Positions 42,946 through 55,966 of a DNA stretch of 64,000 nucleotides are shown one piece after another. The stretch comes from Podarcis filfolensis. Its lineage: Eukaryota. The notes beneath the pieces are model-generated. The model ran no database searches. It was not told the origin of the DNA and saw nothing but the letters and a program-made list of their open reading frames with translations. Every line of letters begins with the position of its first letter. Within the stretch, counting starts at the first letter, position 1. The position numbers were made by a program, and so were the translations under genes. The DNA lies in NCBI GenBank assembly GCA_964270895.1, contig OZ185437.1, one strand, 5' to 3'.

Positions 42946-45900
42946 TATTAATAAGACTGAATATTTTCCTACCTGGCTGTGCTAGGTTGCTGATCACTAG
43001 GGGCGCTTGGAGATCAAAGAGTGGTCTGGATTACCAATGAAGTGTAGACCTGAAGAGTTATGCCACTGCTATTATGGTGTCAAGACTTTTAGTGGCAGTT
43101 CTGTTGTCTCATATCTTTCACAAAATGGATTATTGCAATAACGTTTGCATTTGAAAAAAGCAATGATAGTCTTCCAATATTCACCTACAGTGAATCTCTA
43201 AAAGCATAATCTCTTTTGTTCTCTAGAATCCTTCCAGTGAGGTGTGATTGAAATATCAAAAGCATTTACCTGCTAGACATTCCAGGTATCTGCTGTCTCA
43301 TTTAACTGGTGCTTACTGGGCCATTCTCATGTAGCTGCTGATTTGCCTTGGAGCTTGCAGATCACTGGTGCGCTCACATGGCATGCAAATGTCCCAGTGT
43401 ATTGCGGGGAGCATCTGTTAAATGAAATGTCTGTGATATGAAACACCTTAATGTGCAAATGCTTTCTGCGGGGGGGGGGGGGGCTTGTCACATCTATGTC
43501 TATCCATAGCTTTCTGTTGTTGTGGTATAGATAAATGCATGGCTGTTTTTACCCCCTTTTGTAATGTGGATTAATACTTTGCCATACATTTGCATTTTGG
43601 TTTTCCTTTACTGGTTGGTTATCAGGTACATTTTTGCCTAAGAGCAAGTGCATATGGTATTAGAAATAATACCTAGCTTGTAAACAGTATGATGTTTATA
43701 AAACTCTTCATATATGTGGAACACAAAACAGTGGTTTAAAGAAAGGAACTTGCAAAGATACAGTTACTGGTATTCAACTAAGTTCATTGTGTTCATAAAT
43801 TTCAGTGGGTCTACTTGGAGTCAAACTTTGTTGAATATCACCCAATATCTTTTTAGGGGTTTGATTGATAATTCTTAATGTGGCAGGATGCATCCATGTC
43901 TGGTTATGTAATGGCATTCTCCTAAATGATTAGCTGTCATCTTAGAAACCTAACAAAGTAATTTAAACTGATGTCAGGCAGCTTGCATACTTGGCAGCTT
44001 ATGGTTTGGAGGATTTTTCAATTCTATGTTGAACGTAACCTCCTTGCAATTTAAACCAATTACAGAAGGATTGAATTACCACCACGCGGCTTATAAACAC
44101 ATGGGCTATGTTTAGCTTGACCTGAAATGCTAGGCAACGGAATACTGTGATGGTGTCCTCCCTGCACCCTCATGGTCCATCTGCATTCCTGAAACTATCA
44201 TAAAGAAGTTCACCTTCCTCTTTTCCTGGACATCAGAAACATTGGTCTTTTACCCTCCTTAAGATGATCTGCTTAGCCTACCACTACCCATTCCCTCCGT
44301 TTGTGCGACAGCAGAGTGTGTACAGTACTTGGAAACCACAAATCCTAAACCTAGGATATCAGCCAATTGTTCTAGGGACTTACTGACCCCCAAAGAGCCA
44401 GGCCACTAAGAAAGAGAAGTCTCTGCTTGATGCCTCACCAAAGACAACCTTAAACCTGCTGTTAACCTGCTTTAATGTCATGGCTCTCAAACAAGAAGTG
44501 TTGAGACTTTTAGGACCATGAAGGAACTCAAACAAAACTTCTTCAGATCTTTCTAAGCAGCCTCAGAATACCCAGAGTTCTTTGCATAACATCCGTCACT
44601 CTCCAGAATGACTCGGTTTTTCTTTTTATGTAGAAGTAACTTACAGAAACCCAAGGTTCAGAATTCCCACTTTACTTTTTCATTATAGTGGTGCATCCCC
44701 TTGTTCTTGTTCTCACCAGAACTGGCTGTTCATTGTATACCTCTGAATACAAGGGAAATTCCTAACTAGAAAACTTTATTAAAGCTTCAGATAGAGAAAT
44801 GTAAAAATGATCCTAGCGCCTTCTCTTGGCGTTCCAATCACAGTGATTGCTGAGCATTTCTAGGCACAAGTTTGGGATTTCCAGGTCCGAGTGCTTTTTA
44901 TTTTTATCTTTTTGCCCCACCATTTCCCCCACGAAAACCCACTCTTTACTGCTGAATCAGTGCAAAGAGCAATCCATGGGAAACCTGAACTGCCGTTTGC
45001 TCTGATTCAGCAGTAAAGATTGGACTTTCCTGTGGAAAATGTCAGGGCAAAAAAGAAGTGCTCACATGCAGACTTGGAAAGTGTGGACGTATGCCTAGAA
45101 AGCATGGCACAAAAGATAAATGTGGATGGTGCAGGATTGTTTTTCATGCTTTATTAAATGCCTAAAGCCACTGGACTCAGGTACTTCCATGTGATAATCT
45201 CATAAAATAATGCTTTTACATGTAGTGTACTTTAGACTCATTAGCCATTACCTTTTGAACTTCCACTTTTCTAATTTCCCTATTTACCTCATGGTATCTA
45301 TTTACCTCATGGTAATTCTCCAGAGCTTTCAATTCTGAAATCTGTTACCTCTTATGACAGCGCTCTGCCTCCTCTCACTTCTCACTTTTGTGCCATTTGT
45401 TAAATTTCCTCTTTTTGTCCTACCTGGGGAATGGAAAGAGAGAAGCATTTATTCAACCTTAAGAGAGATTCCTCCAGCCTATGACTCTGAAACTTTGCTT
45501 TGTGATCCCAGCTCATCAGCCAGGTTACAGCCCATGTGACTGCGGTTTGTAGCCAAGCGGATTAGAATTAGCTTTAGAGAGTGGGTTTTATAAGGCACTG
45601 AATCAAAAGCTTAACTGAAAATACAACACAGCAACCACTTCCTCAGTTCCTACTAATTTGATTGTCTTGGGGAAATGTGTCAGTTTTGTCTGGGTGGCTC
45701 TGTCATCCAAAAGTCCATTTTGCTTATCTTGGGTGGTTTTGAAATTTCCTAGATATTTTGTGATTTTTCTTCCCCTGTGTTAAAAGCAAAGAGTTGGTGT
45801 GTCAAGATTGCCCAGGATGCTTTTGTGCCTTTTCCTTTTTTTAAAAAAATAATTCCTAAATATGTGTTCTTTTTTCATTTTGTCATAACTCACTGACATC

Positions 45901-46247
45901 CCACCCGCAGTCTCTCTCCCAGTTCTTCTCTAGACAAACCAGACATGCTGGTGGTGGCTGTCTTCTTCCCAAGAGGAAGCAGAAGTTGAACTTGTGGGCT
46001 GCTGATTTATGCAAATGAAAGTACACATCAATATGCTGAACTGTGCAGGCATTTGGTCCCTAATGTATTTTTGATACATCCATTAGGAATGGCTCTCTGA
46101 TACTATTTATTGGCTCCCCCACCTCATCTGCCAAAGGAGAGCCTTACAAATATCAGTAATAAGACCATTCTTGCCCTCACACTCATACATACAATCTAGA
46201 AGACATGGTATGAATGGAAAAGGAATTGGTAGGGAGGAAGAAAAGTA

Positions 46248-46474
46248 CAGTGGTACCTCGGGTTACATATGCTTCAGGTTACAGACTCCGCTAACCCAGA
46301 AATAGTGCTTCAGGTTAAGAACTTTGCTTCAGGATGAGAACAGAAATTGTGCTCTGGCGGCGCAGTGGCAGCAGGAGGCCCCCATTAGCTAAAGTGGTGC
46401 TTCAGGTTAAGAACAGTTTCAGGTTAAGTACGGACCTCCGGAACGAATTAAGTACTTAACCCGAGGTACCACTG
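46248..46474 (+). mobile_element. Tc1/mariner (Tigger-like) MITE, copy A
   Basis: Perfect 18-bp TIR CAGTGGTACCTCGGGTTA; TA TSD. Confidence 0.92.
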
Positions 46475-46496
46475 TAAATGGGCTTGGACACTCAAA

Positions 46497-46636
46497 CACT
46501 TTGCCATGTCCAATGGCTTCCAGTCAGTTTCTGGGTCCAACTCAAGGTGCTTGTTTTGACCTTTAAAAACCCTAAGAGACTTAGGGCTATTTTAGTTGAG
46601 GATAATTTCCTTCCACATAGTTCTGCCTGTGAGCCT
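46497..46636 (+). mobile_element. Decayed L2 ORF2 fragment
   Basis: QWLPVSFWVQLKVLVLTFK resembles the L2 HWLPV...FKVLVLTFKAL motif. Confidence 0.5.
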
Positions 46637-47068
46637 CCTGAGTGCCTGACCTGGATGACAGTCGAACTGGTGTTAACCAGTTTGGCCAGAGGAGCAAAAG
46701 TCATGAAGCTAGCCCAAGTTTTCCAATCTTTCACATGGATTAACCTGGACAAGAAACAATAATATCCTTAAGTGGCTAGTTAGCAAATGGCTGAGAGATG
46801 AGAGCCTACCAAGTACCAGTCGTGGTTCATTTGTTCATCGTTGCTGTCTCCACTAAAGTGCTTTCCAGTGTTCAAGCCTATAAAACTAAAGCTTTGCACT
46901 CTTGAATTTTGTAGGCATAAGTGTTGAGGACTTCAAATCATGTTATAAGCTCTTGAGCTGTTAACAGTGTTCACTACTTGGCTCCAGTTTGCAAACTTTT
47001 CTTTATGCTTCATGGGACTGGAAACTTTGAGGGAAACTTAGAGTTTCAGTGTCCCAATGAGTGAATGT

Positions 47069-47114
47069 TTCTTCTTCTTCTTCTTCTTCTTCTTCTTCTT
47101 CTTCTTCTTCTTCT
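47069..47114. repeat. (TTC)~15 microsatellite
   Basis: Read directly. Confidence 0.95.
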
Positions 47115-47181
47115 AATAGTTTGGATTCAACCTATTTTCTTTTAAATTAGAAAATGGGCGAGGGCAGGAATTTTAAATAAT

Positions 47182-47278
47182 TGGGTTGTATTCAATCAGA
47201 GTAGACCTACTGAAACTAAGACTTTCTCACTTGGGTCCATTAATTTCAATGGGTTTACTTTGAGTAGGATACAACCCA
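47182..47278. repeat. Short palindromic interspersed repeat (unclassified)
   Basis: 10-bp terminal IR TGGGTTGTAT/ATACAACCCA plus inner arms cagagtagacctactgaaa / tttcaatgggtttactttg. Confidence 0.65.
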
Positions 47279-49230
47279 TTGTCCTTTCTCCCTTGCTGCT
47301 TCTTACCCTGAGTTCTTGAAAATAAGAACTGCAAGTAGAGCCTGTACTCTATACAGTTCTTTCACGTACACCTAGAGACTTGGGCAGAACTTCGATTATT
47401 TTATTCAACCACATTTCAGGCTACATCATGGACTCTATAGGGGCTGACTGGTGGCAGTGACCACTGCTGTTAAAAAAGGTCAGAATAACTTGCTGAGCAT
47501 GTGGAATTGATAAAACAATACTATTCTTGTTTACGTGGGAGTTCCACTGTGCTCAGTGCTTTAGAATTGGAGCTTCAGAGAACAAATTTTTTGAATAAAC
47601 ATTAAGTGCCTTTCTGTGTTCAATGCATTGACACACTTTCCAGGAGTAAGCCCCATTGAACAAGTTTGTATACATAAAATTATCTAGAATAATACCATTA
47701 AACACAACTTTACTGTTGAGTAAACAGTCAGTCTTGCAGTTGTCTGGATTGGAGCCTTAATTCAGATTTGGAATTTAGTTCATATAGATGGAAGATTTAT
47801 AGGCAACGTTACCAGATTAGGGGCTCTGTGGTGGATTGTACAAAATATGAAACTGGCTTCCCAAATCTTTTCTGATACCATCTGTCCCTTTTGCATATTA
47901 TTATCAATTATTCTGATATTTGAAACTCATGTGTTGAAACCTTAGTTTATGAAAACATGTTGACTTTTCTTTGTTTTATGTTTGTCTCTCTTACCCGACC
48001 CCCCTTGTGTGAAAAATGCAGAAATTACTTGAGACTCATGAGCTGAACAATCTAATTTAGCACAGTGGGCTATCATGAGTCATAATTAGGAAGATCACAG
48101 CCAATTTCAACGCATGTTAGGCACACTTTATTGCCACCAGCTGAAACTTTTCCCATTAAAATGTACATGACTACCTAAAAGAGAGATTTGTTCTCTGTGT
48201 GCTTCATACTGGGTTTTCCTTTTATATTTGTACAGCAGTGCTTGCCTTAAGTGGTATTTCTTCATAGTCAAGAATCAATTACTTCCGTGTAATTACTTCC
48301 ATGTTTCAAAGTACACTCCCACCAGTTGTGTCCCCTCCAAAATGGGAGAACAGAGAGTTCCAGCTTTACTATCAATGTTCAAAACTAATGAATCAGCCTC
48401 TTAAGCCATGAGCTGGCTTAGAAATAATTAGTTTTAAAATAATAAGTTTGGGCTTATCTGCCTTTTGGTTCCTGAGCGGAAATTATATTCTCGTCTTTAT
48501 AATAATCAGGGTTGTGTTGTTGTTTTTAACTAACTTAATCACATCTTTTCTGTTATTTTTGATCAAGGTTCTAGCCTAACTTGTCGCACCCAGTTCAGCA
48601 GCAAAGCAAACTAGCATTGTTTGTATTTGTTGTAACCAGCGTGTGGCGGCTTTTGCAATCATTTTGTCAAAAGTCCGTTCCTCAGATTTGTCAGGTTGTC
48701 AAAGAAAATTCCTCAAACATACGTAGGATTTCCGCCCTGTCTTCGCTTGCTTCTGTGCAGGCACAGTCAAAAATTTGCCCTTTGAATCAGAGATACTCTG
48801 GACAAGCCCGATTGGCTCTGAGTAATATAATACATAAAGCTTAATGGCATTTTATCTGTACATACTAAAGAGACCTTTCTTTTCTGAGATAAGTGTTTCT
48901 TTAAAATATCAGCCAGCTGTTTTTGTGCCCTGAGAAGAGCAAATATAAAAAATTCAGCAGCAGCGTTCTTGTTCTTTTTTGCTCTTAACACACAGTCTTT
49001 TAAATAGCTTCTCTGGAGTTGGGAGAGTTCAGTAAAAGCTCATGCTAATGAAGTCTCCAGAGGAAATGGGAGTTCTTTGCTAATCTGCTATTAGGATTTA
49101 TTTAAGGCTGCCTGAAAGATGGATTGTGTCTCTTGCTGATCTGGCCACACTTATGTAAACCGGTGGAATCTTGTTCCCTAAAGTTACAGAAGCAGCCTGG
49201 CGCTTTTGTGTGTTTGAATGAACATGTGTA

Positions 49231-49548
49231 TGTTATGTATTCAATGGTCTGTGTTTGCCTGAGCTTGAGTCTGGAGTCTGGATTCTGAGCTCCTGTGTTC
49301 TGATTCAATATATGATATCCAATCACAGAACAATTCAGGATTTGGACCTCTACCATTGGCCCTTAAACTCTGGTTATGATTCGCAGCTTGGAAGTCTAGA
49401 CAGCCAATCACGTTGGGAGTGGGAGTGGCTCAGGCCTTCAGAAATGTATAAGCAGTTGCTTTGCTCATGTTGTCTAGGCCTGTCAGTTCAATAAAGGTTT
49501 TTGCTGCTACCACTGTGTCTTGCCTCGTGGGAACCCACCTACACTTCA
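49231..49548 (+). mobile_element. Solo LTR (318 bp)
   Basis: TG...CA ends; 5-bp TSD GTGTA (49226-49230, 49549-49553); CCAAT at 49319 and 49404, TATAA at 49447, AATAAA at 49490. Confidence 0.8.
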
Positions 49549-52213
49549 GTGTACTCTGGGAAAGGTACAAAAACCCACATCTTATAACACATGTTATATT
49601 TATATTTCTGCCTGATTAGTTAAGAAACTTTCCACCCTTAACCTTGGAGTATGAAAGCTCAAAAAGATTTGGACCCAGAAATGGGTGGGTATGGGTATAC
49701 ATAACTTGAACAAACAGTGATTTCTCTCTACCTTGCCTTGGCAAAATGTTGTAAATGATTATAATTCTCCCTAAGAAACCTAGAGCATTTCTGAGCTACT
49801 CATTTCATTCTTTGTGATCCTGCTATCATAGGTTTATTAATCCAAACAAGGTATCAGAACAGGACACTAAGGAATATTTGTGACAGGTTATGTTTTGACT
49901 GTGAACAGGTGACCTCTTTTATTCTCTCTCTCTTTAAAAAAAGCTACATTCACATCTAATCCGGAAATAATGACTCATCCAATTTTTATTTTCAGTATAA
50001 ATTAATGGCTTTCTGGATCCTAGCTATAAAAGGTATGAGAAATCACTCGGCATATGAAACATTTAGAGACTGTGCCATGTTAGGGTCACCAGAAGAGCAC
50101 TGGGCTATGGTGCCAAGAATCATGACATAGATGCCCTTTTTATGTCTTAATAGTGGTATTGTATTTTCTGCATTAAGTAGCCATTTGAACTTACATATTT
50201 AGTAAAAGAGAGAGTTCTGAAAAGTAGTGGGGTGGGTGGGGGAGAAGTACAACTGATTCATACTTCCTCTACCCCCTTTTTCATATCTAAAGTAGCTATG
50301 AAACTTCCTGGCCAGAATAGAAGATGTGGGGAGTGGGGTATACTCCATAAATAGTTGAAATGGATAAATGTTTTGCTCCTACCACATCATTATCTGTATT
50401 AGTAAAATGAGGTGCCCATATGCAGGTACTTCAGGATCTTAAATGAGATACAGTATAGGAGAATGGAGAACTTTCGGTGGAAGGTGTCCTACATCCCCAC
50501 AAACTCCAAAAACCAACAACACACTTGTAGAAAAATCTTGTGCACAAGAACTTTCTTTGAATGTTGGGTGATTCCTGCTGGCTGAGGAACAGGGATACCC
50601 AAAGGGAGTGAGCAGCCTCAAGGTCAATACAATGCAATATAAAGTTCAGTGCTGTGGCCTGAGAGGTTTTCTTTATAACTGATTTGTGATCTTCCTCTTT
50701 GCTTGAAGATACTTGGGTGCCTGATTCAGTGTCACTGTTGACACAGGTGGAATCTACACACACATAAAAAATGCTGTGAAAATGCTTTAAGAAAACATTT
50801 TGAAAAATGCATTGAATTTTGCATAACTCACTTTCGCCATCTAGTGTCTCATTCATATATTGCACTTTGCAACACATTTAAAACGTTTTATTTGCAGCTT
50901 TGTAGATGAGTCCACAGGCTTAGCTTAGTTGCTCTTGGGTCAGACCCAATAAAAAGAGGCAAAAATAATAGCCAAGAGATCTTTAGCTCCATAACTTCCT
51001 TTAATTTTGGACACTGGGCATGATCCACCCAAAGTGAAGCATACTTAAAACCAATTCATTTTAATGAGAGAGATAAATTAAACTCTTTCTGTTGAAATGG
51101 GTGGGACTTAGATGGGTTGAATAGATTGCACTACATTTCTCCCCACACCATTTCCATATCTTACCATTTTCCTTCCTCCTTTGTGCTACCATCTAAAACT
51201 ACAAGTCATTGTTCTCTTTGAAACTCATCCTGTGCTGCTTTCCCTCTCATTTTCTTCATCCTTTTTTCATCATAGTTGTCTTTAGCAGAAGGGCTTATGT
51301 AGGCTGATAGATTTAGGATTCTAGCGAGAGCATCCATCTTCCTTAAAACACAGTAGGTGTGGCAAGACAGCTGTGAGGTGGATGATAAATCTGTCCATTA
51401 TGTATCTAGATGGCGATTGATGGATGGTTGTTTGTGAAGCCTTTACTATTAAGTCCTTTAATGAGGAGTTTTATGCAGCAAGCAGGTAGGAGAATCACCT
51501 TTAGCCATATACTTGAGTGACTGACTCTTCATGTGTAAGTCATTTTTCTTTACCATTATGTATAAAAGTCAAGCATCTTTACGTATCAGGCTACAGCATC
51601 ATGGAGCCCACTTCAGGTCAGATATAATAAGCACTTGAACAAAAACATTTCCCATGGAGAGGAGGCTGGATGTCAGTTTTCAAAAGCTATTGTAGTAAGC
51701 AGGGAGCCTGTTGACAGGCAACAACAATAAGGAGGGCAATAACTTTTTTATGGGGCTCTAATAAATAAACCCCTTTTTTCCCTCTTTCTGCCCCACAGCC
51801 TGTGCCATCACATCCCCCATTTATTTTGCCTCTTGTTGGCTAGATTGCAAATAAATAGTTTTATATTTTAAAAAAAATTACTACACAACATTAGGTGCTT
51901 ATAAATAATGTAAAACATTTTTTTTTTTGTCAAAGTGAAGACATTAACTGGGTCAACCCTTGTGTTTCTTAAGCTTGATTCACTAAAATAACAGCAAGAG
52001 AGGATAGCTGACACCTATCTTAGCCAAGCACTGCTCCCTTGGGAAAGACATGGTCTGATGACTTCTGCTTCTGAAATGGAAATTGCTGGATTCAGCGCAT
52101 TTATAAAGATTTGGCCCTACATCAGGGATTTGAGCCCACCCAGGAGAATCCAGACCAGTTTTGTGTTTGTTTTTTGTGGGTATATTCTGGAACATGTCAG
52201 TGATGCAGTAATA

Positions 52214-52432
52214 CAGTTGGGTTACAGATGCTTCAGGTTACAGACTCTACTAACCCAGAAGTAGTACCTCGGGTTAAGAACTTTGCTTCAGGATGAGAAC
52301 AGAAATCGTGCTCTGGTGGCGCAGCAGCAGCGGGAGGCCCCATTAGCTAAAGTGGTACCTCAGGTTAAGAACAGTTTCAGGTTAAGAACGGACCTCCGGA
52401 ACAAATTAAGTTCTTAACCCGAGGTACCACTG
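52214..52432 (+). mobile_element. Tigger-like MITE, copy B
   Basis: Same family as 46248; left TIR partly deleted; TA flanks. Confidence 0.9.
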
Positions 52433-53336
52433 TAGTGCATTTGTGGTGGATGTATACTGGACCATCCAGACATAATTTTTCAATTTTCAATTGGGTTTTA
52501 TATGCAATTTGATTGTAGCAAGACCTCTCCGTGGTTTACAAGATATATTAAAAGTGTCAATGAAAACAGTTTAAAACATCTGAAAATAATTAAAGTGAAG
52601 GAGATAAAACACGTCAACAGCTATTTGTCTTTGTTCAGGCTTGCCTATACAAAAATGGTTTAAACAGGCACTGGAAAGAGTACTGATGTTGATCGGCAAA
52701 GTACTGTATCTTAAAGATGGATTTCTTGCAACTTCATTAGTTCTGTGATGCTTCCCAAAAGTTTTTGCGTTATTGCTGTCTGGTGGAGGGGCACTCTTGC
52801 ACTACAGTGAAATAAAAGGGATGTATGAAGGGCTCTTCAGTTTGCAGTGGGGGGGGGCAACATTGGAGAAGCCTGAACGAACCAGGTGAGTCTTATTAAT
52901 TTCTGTTAGTTTTAACCTTTGATCTTCAGTGGCAAGAGCTTGGGAAACAATAATGCTTGCAGATACAGAGGATTGCCCCACTCTGGCAGTCTGCAGAAAG
53001 TATTGAGTATATATGCTGTTCCATATTGCATATATTTGGGGGGGGGGGAGGAGGTCTCATTTCCTGGCCTAACCATGGCACAAATGGGAACTCTGAGTTA
53101 GCAGGTGCTCTGCTCGCAGCAGACTAAGGTAGTCTTTGGAGTCTGTCTTGGTCTTAGAGAACCTTTCAGCAGAATGGTGTGCTTGGGAAACTGACTGGGA
53201 CTCAGATCAAGATGGTTTTATTGTAGTTCCACTTTAGGTTAACCTTGCCACACCAAACCTTATGGGTAGTATTGAAGATTGGAGAGTGGGAAGAAGGATA
53301 CAGGTATGTACTGTGAGAAAACTGCAGAACAGGTTT

Positions 53337-53340
<4 letters not shown>

Positions 53341-53373
<33 letters not shown>
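53341..53373. repeat. (TG)16 microsatellite
   Basis: Read directly. Confidence 0.95.
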
Positions 53374-53376
<3 letters not shown>

Positions 53377-53626
53377 AAAATGGTTGTGTATCTGTGGTAA
53401 CCAACATGGTTGCTTCTGGATGTGGTGGAGTTGAACCCCCATCAGCCTTATCCAACATGGCCAGTGGCTGGGATAAGAGTTGTAATCCAGCGACATTGAG
53501 AGTGTGCCATATTTGCTACCCCTGCTACTTGAAGGATGTTGTTATAGCCCTCAAATCTACCAGTTGTCCTTTTATTCTACCCACTGAATCTGCACAATGA
53601 GATTATTTGGGGACCTAGTCCAGTGT

Positions 53627-53849
53627 GAAAGCACGTCAAAGTGCAAGTAGATAAATAGGGACCGAATGGTGGGAGGTTTCCGTGTGCTGCTCTGGTTTGC
53701 CAGGAGCGGCTTAGTCATGCTTGCCACATGACCCGGAAGCTGTCTGCGGACAAACGCCGGCTCCCTCGGCCTATAGAGCCAGATGAACGTGCAACCCCAG
53801 AGTCGGTCACGACTGGACCTAATGGTCAGGGGTCCCTTTACCTTTACCT
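53627..53849 (+). mobile_element. Sauria SINE, 5'-truncated
   Basis: 11-bp TSD TAGTCCAGTGT (53616-53626, 53850-53860). Confidence 0.9.
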
Positions 53850-55184
53850 TAGTCCAGTGTTAACTGCCGTTTGACAGGCCCTCTGCTTATTTACAGTGGC
53901 CCTTGTGTCCTGGGAAGGGCAAGGTCGGCTGCCATCTTTAAGAGGAGTGCTTGTGTTACAGGTGGTGATACACCACAACGTTTTGTTGCCAGTCCCAGTT
54001 GTACCACATTATTGCTGAACAGTGACAAACCAAAGGTGATGTGAAACACAATTTGGGAAGCGCTGAAGACAATAATTAAACAGAGAGCCAGTAAGGCATG
54101 ATTTTAAAAATCAAAGATATTAATGAGTTGATGTGTGTGGATGGATTTACTTTGGATGAGCAGCTTCCCTCCCACTCAACAATTTTCTAGATGAAAGACT
54201 TGTGATTCAGATGAATTAGGCACTCTCGCTACTAACTTGTTTGCAGGTTGAAGCTGTAGAGGCAAGGCTACAAGAAAAAAGGTGTTTTTATCATAGCGAG
54301 CAAAGCCATTCATTGAACGGTAACTAAGGTAATCACTTATGGATCTGATCTGCAAGCAGAACAATTAAACAAGCAAATAAAATATGTTACCACTACCTGC
54401 CCCCCCCAATTGACTTAACAAAGTCAGGGATATTCCAATTAAGTGCCATATTTATAATTACATACCGGGTAATTAACCTTTTAATTGACATTCTTGAATC
54501 TACCTTTATGTGACTTTTTGAATTCCCTCTTTGTTTTTTGATAATATTTTAAACAAAAATGCATGTTAAGTAATTGCTACGTTTAACCTTTTCAGGAGGA
54601 AAACAGGGAAGGAAGCTCAGTGAATGCTTCATTTTGTGATTAAGCGTCAGTTTTGTGGAAAATAATGCAGATGAACTGTGTTTAAATATCCATATGAAGG
54701 AAAAAAACCTCATTCTGTTGTCGTATGTTACTTTTCTGTGAGCTAGGTCTCCTTCACTTCTTTTGCAGTGCAGAGACTTTTTAATAAAGTTGTATTCAGG
54801 AAGGTTTTCTGAAGATAACTTTGCTTTGTGCTCTGACATCTTTGGGTAAGGAAAAGGGTTCGACAACAGGCTGCTTATATAATAGAAAAGACGTAAAGCA
54901 AAAGGTCATGCTTGATGGGGGCTCCAGAAGCATCCTGTGATGGACATCTTGTAGACTTGATTTGTCAGGACCTCGCTACAATTGCTGCTGTGCTCAAATC
55001 CTACAAATACAGCTTGTAAGCTGGGGGCTAGTATGACAGCTTGTCGGGGTAGGAATGATAAACTTTTGTTCTCTCATGGAAATTATTGGAAGTATGCTGC
55101 CTATGCAGTTAAAGGTTGGGGTTATTGTGCAGATTGAAATGTCTGGGCACTCTGGGAAAGAACCAGTGTCTTACCATCTGAATA

Positions 55185-55415
55185 CAGTGATACCTCTGGT
55201 TAAGTACTTAATTTGTTCCGGAGGTCCGTTCTTAACCTGAAACTGTTCTTAACCTGAAGCACCACTTTAGCTAATGGGGCCTCCTCCTGCTGCTGCACAA
55301 TTTCTGTTCTCATCCTGAAGCAAAGTTCTTAATCCGAGGTACTATTTCTGGGTTAGCAGAGTCTGTAACCTGAAGTGTATGTAACCTGAAGCGTATGTAA
55401 CCCGAGGCACTACTG
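55185..55415 (-). mobile_element. Tigger-like MITE, copy C (inverted)
   Basis: Reverse complement of the 46248 family; TA TSD. Confidence 0.9.
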
Positions 55416-55440
55416 TATCCATATAGGTTTATGCAATAAT

Positions 55441-55567
55441 GGGTAGGGACCCTTCAGATGTTACTGGACTGCAACCCCCATCAGCCCCAGCCAACTTGTC
55501 CTATGATCAGGGATGATGGGAGTTGTAGTCCATCAGCATCTGGAAGGCCACAGGTTCCCCACTCCTG
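55441..55567. mobile_element. Palindromic hAT-like mini element
   Basis: Self-complementary cagatgttactggactgcaacccccatc / gatgggagttgtagtccatcagcatctg; end aggttccccactcctg. Confidence 0.6.
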
Positions 55568-55613
55568 CAGTAAGCAATAAATCATGGCTTAGCACTGGCA
55601 GCATGTACTAGTG

Positions 55614-55966
55614 GTCTGAAGCACTGATCCTCTTGGGCTTGCCAATCAGAAGGTCGGTGGTTCGAATCCCCACGACGGGGTGAGCTCCTGTTGCTCGGTC
55701 CCTGCTCCTGCCAACCTAGCAGTTCAAAAGCACGCCCAAAAGTGCAAGTAGACAAATAGGTACCGCGTTTCCATGCGGTGCTCTGGTTATGGTGTTCTGT
55801 TGCGCCAGAAGCGGCTTAGTCATGCTGGCCACATGATCCGGAAAAACTGTCTGCGGACAAACACCGGCTCCTTTGGCCTGTAAAGCGAGATGAGCGCCAC
55901 AACCCCAGAGTTGTCTACGACTGGACTTAACTGTCAGGGGTCCTTTACCTTTTACCTTTTTTTTTT
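55614..55966 (+). mobile_element. Sauria SINE, slightly 5'-truncated
   Basis: B box GGTTCGAATCC; 8-bp TSD TACTAGTG (55606-55613, 55967-55974). Confidence 0.9.

Noticed and set aside
44090-44620. Possible DIRS gag/RT relic
   Set aside because: Only vague motif similarity (LGYQ..., SVETFRT); too weak to support.
50431-50877. 148-aa minus-strand ORF
   Set aside because: Non-ATG start, no domain similarity and no convincing splice context.
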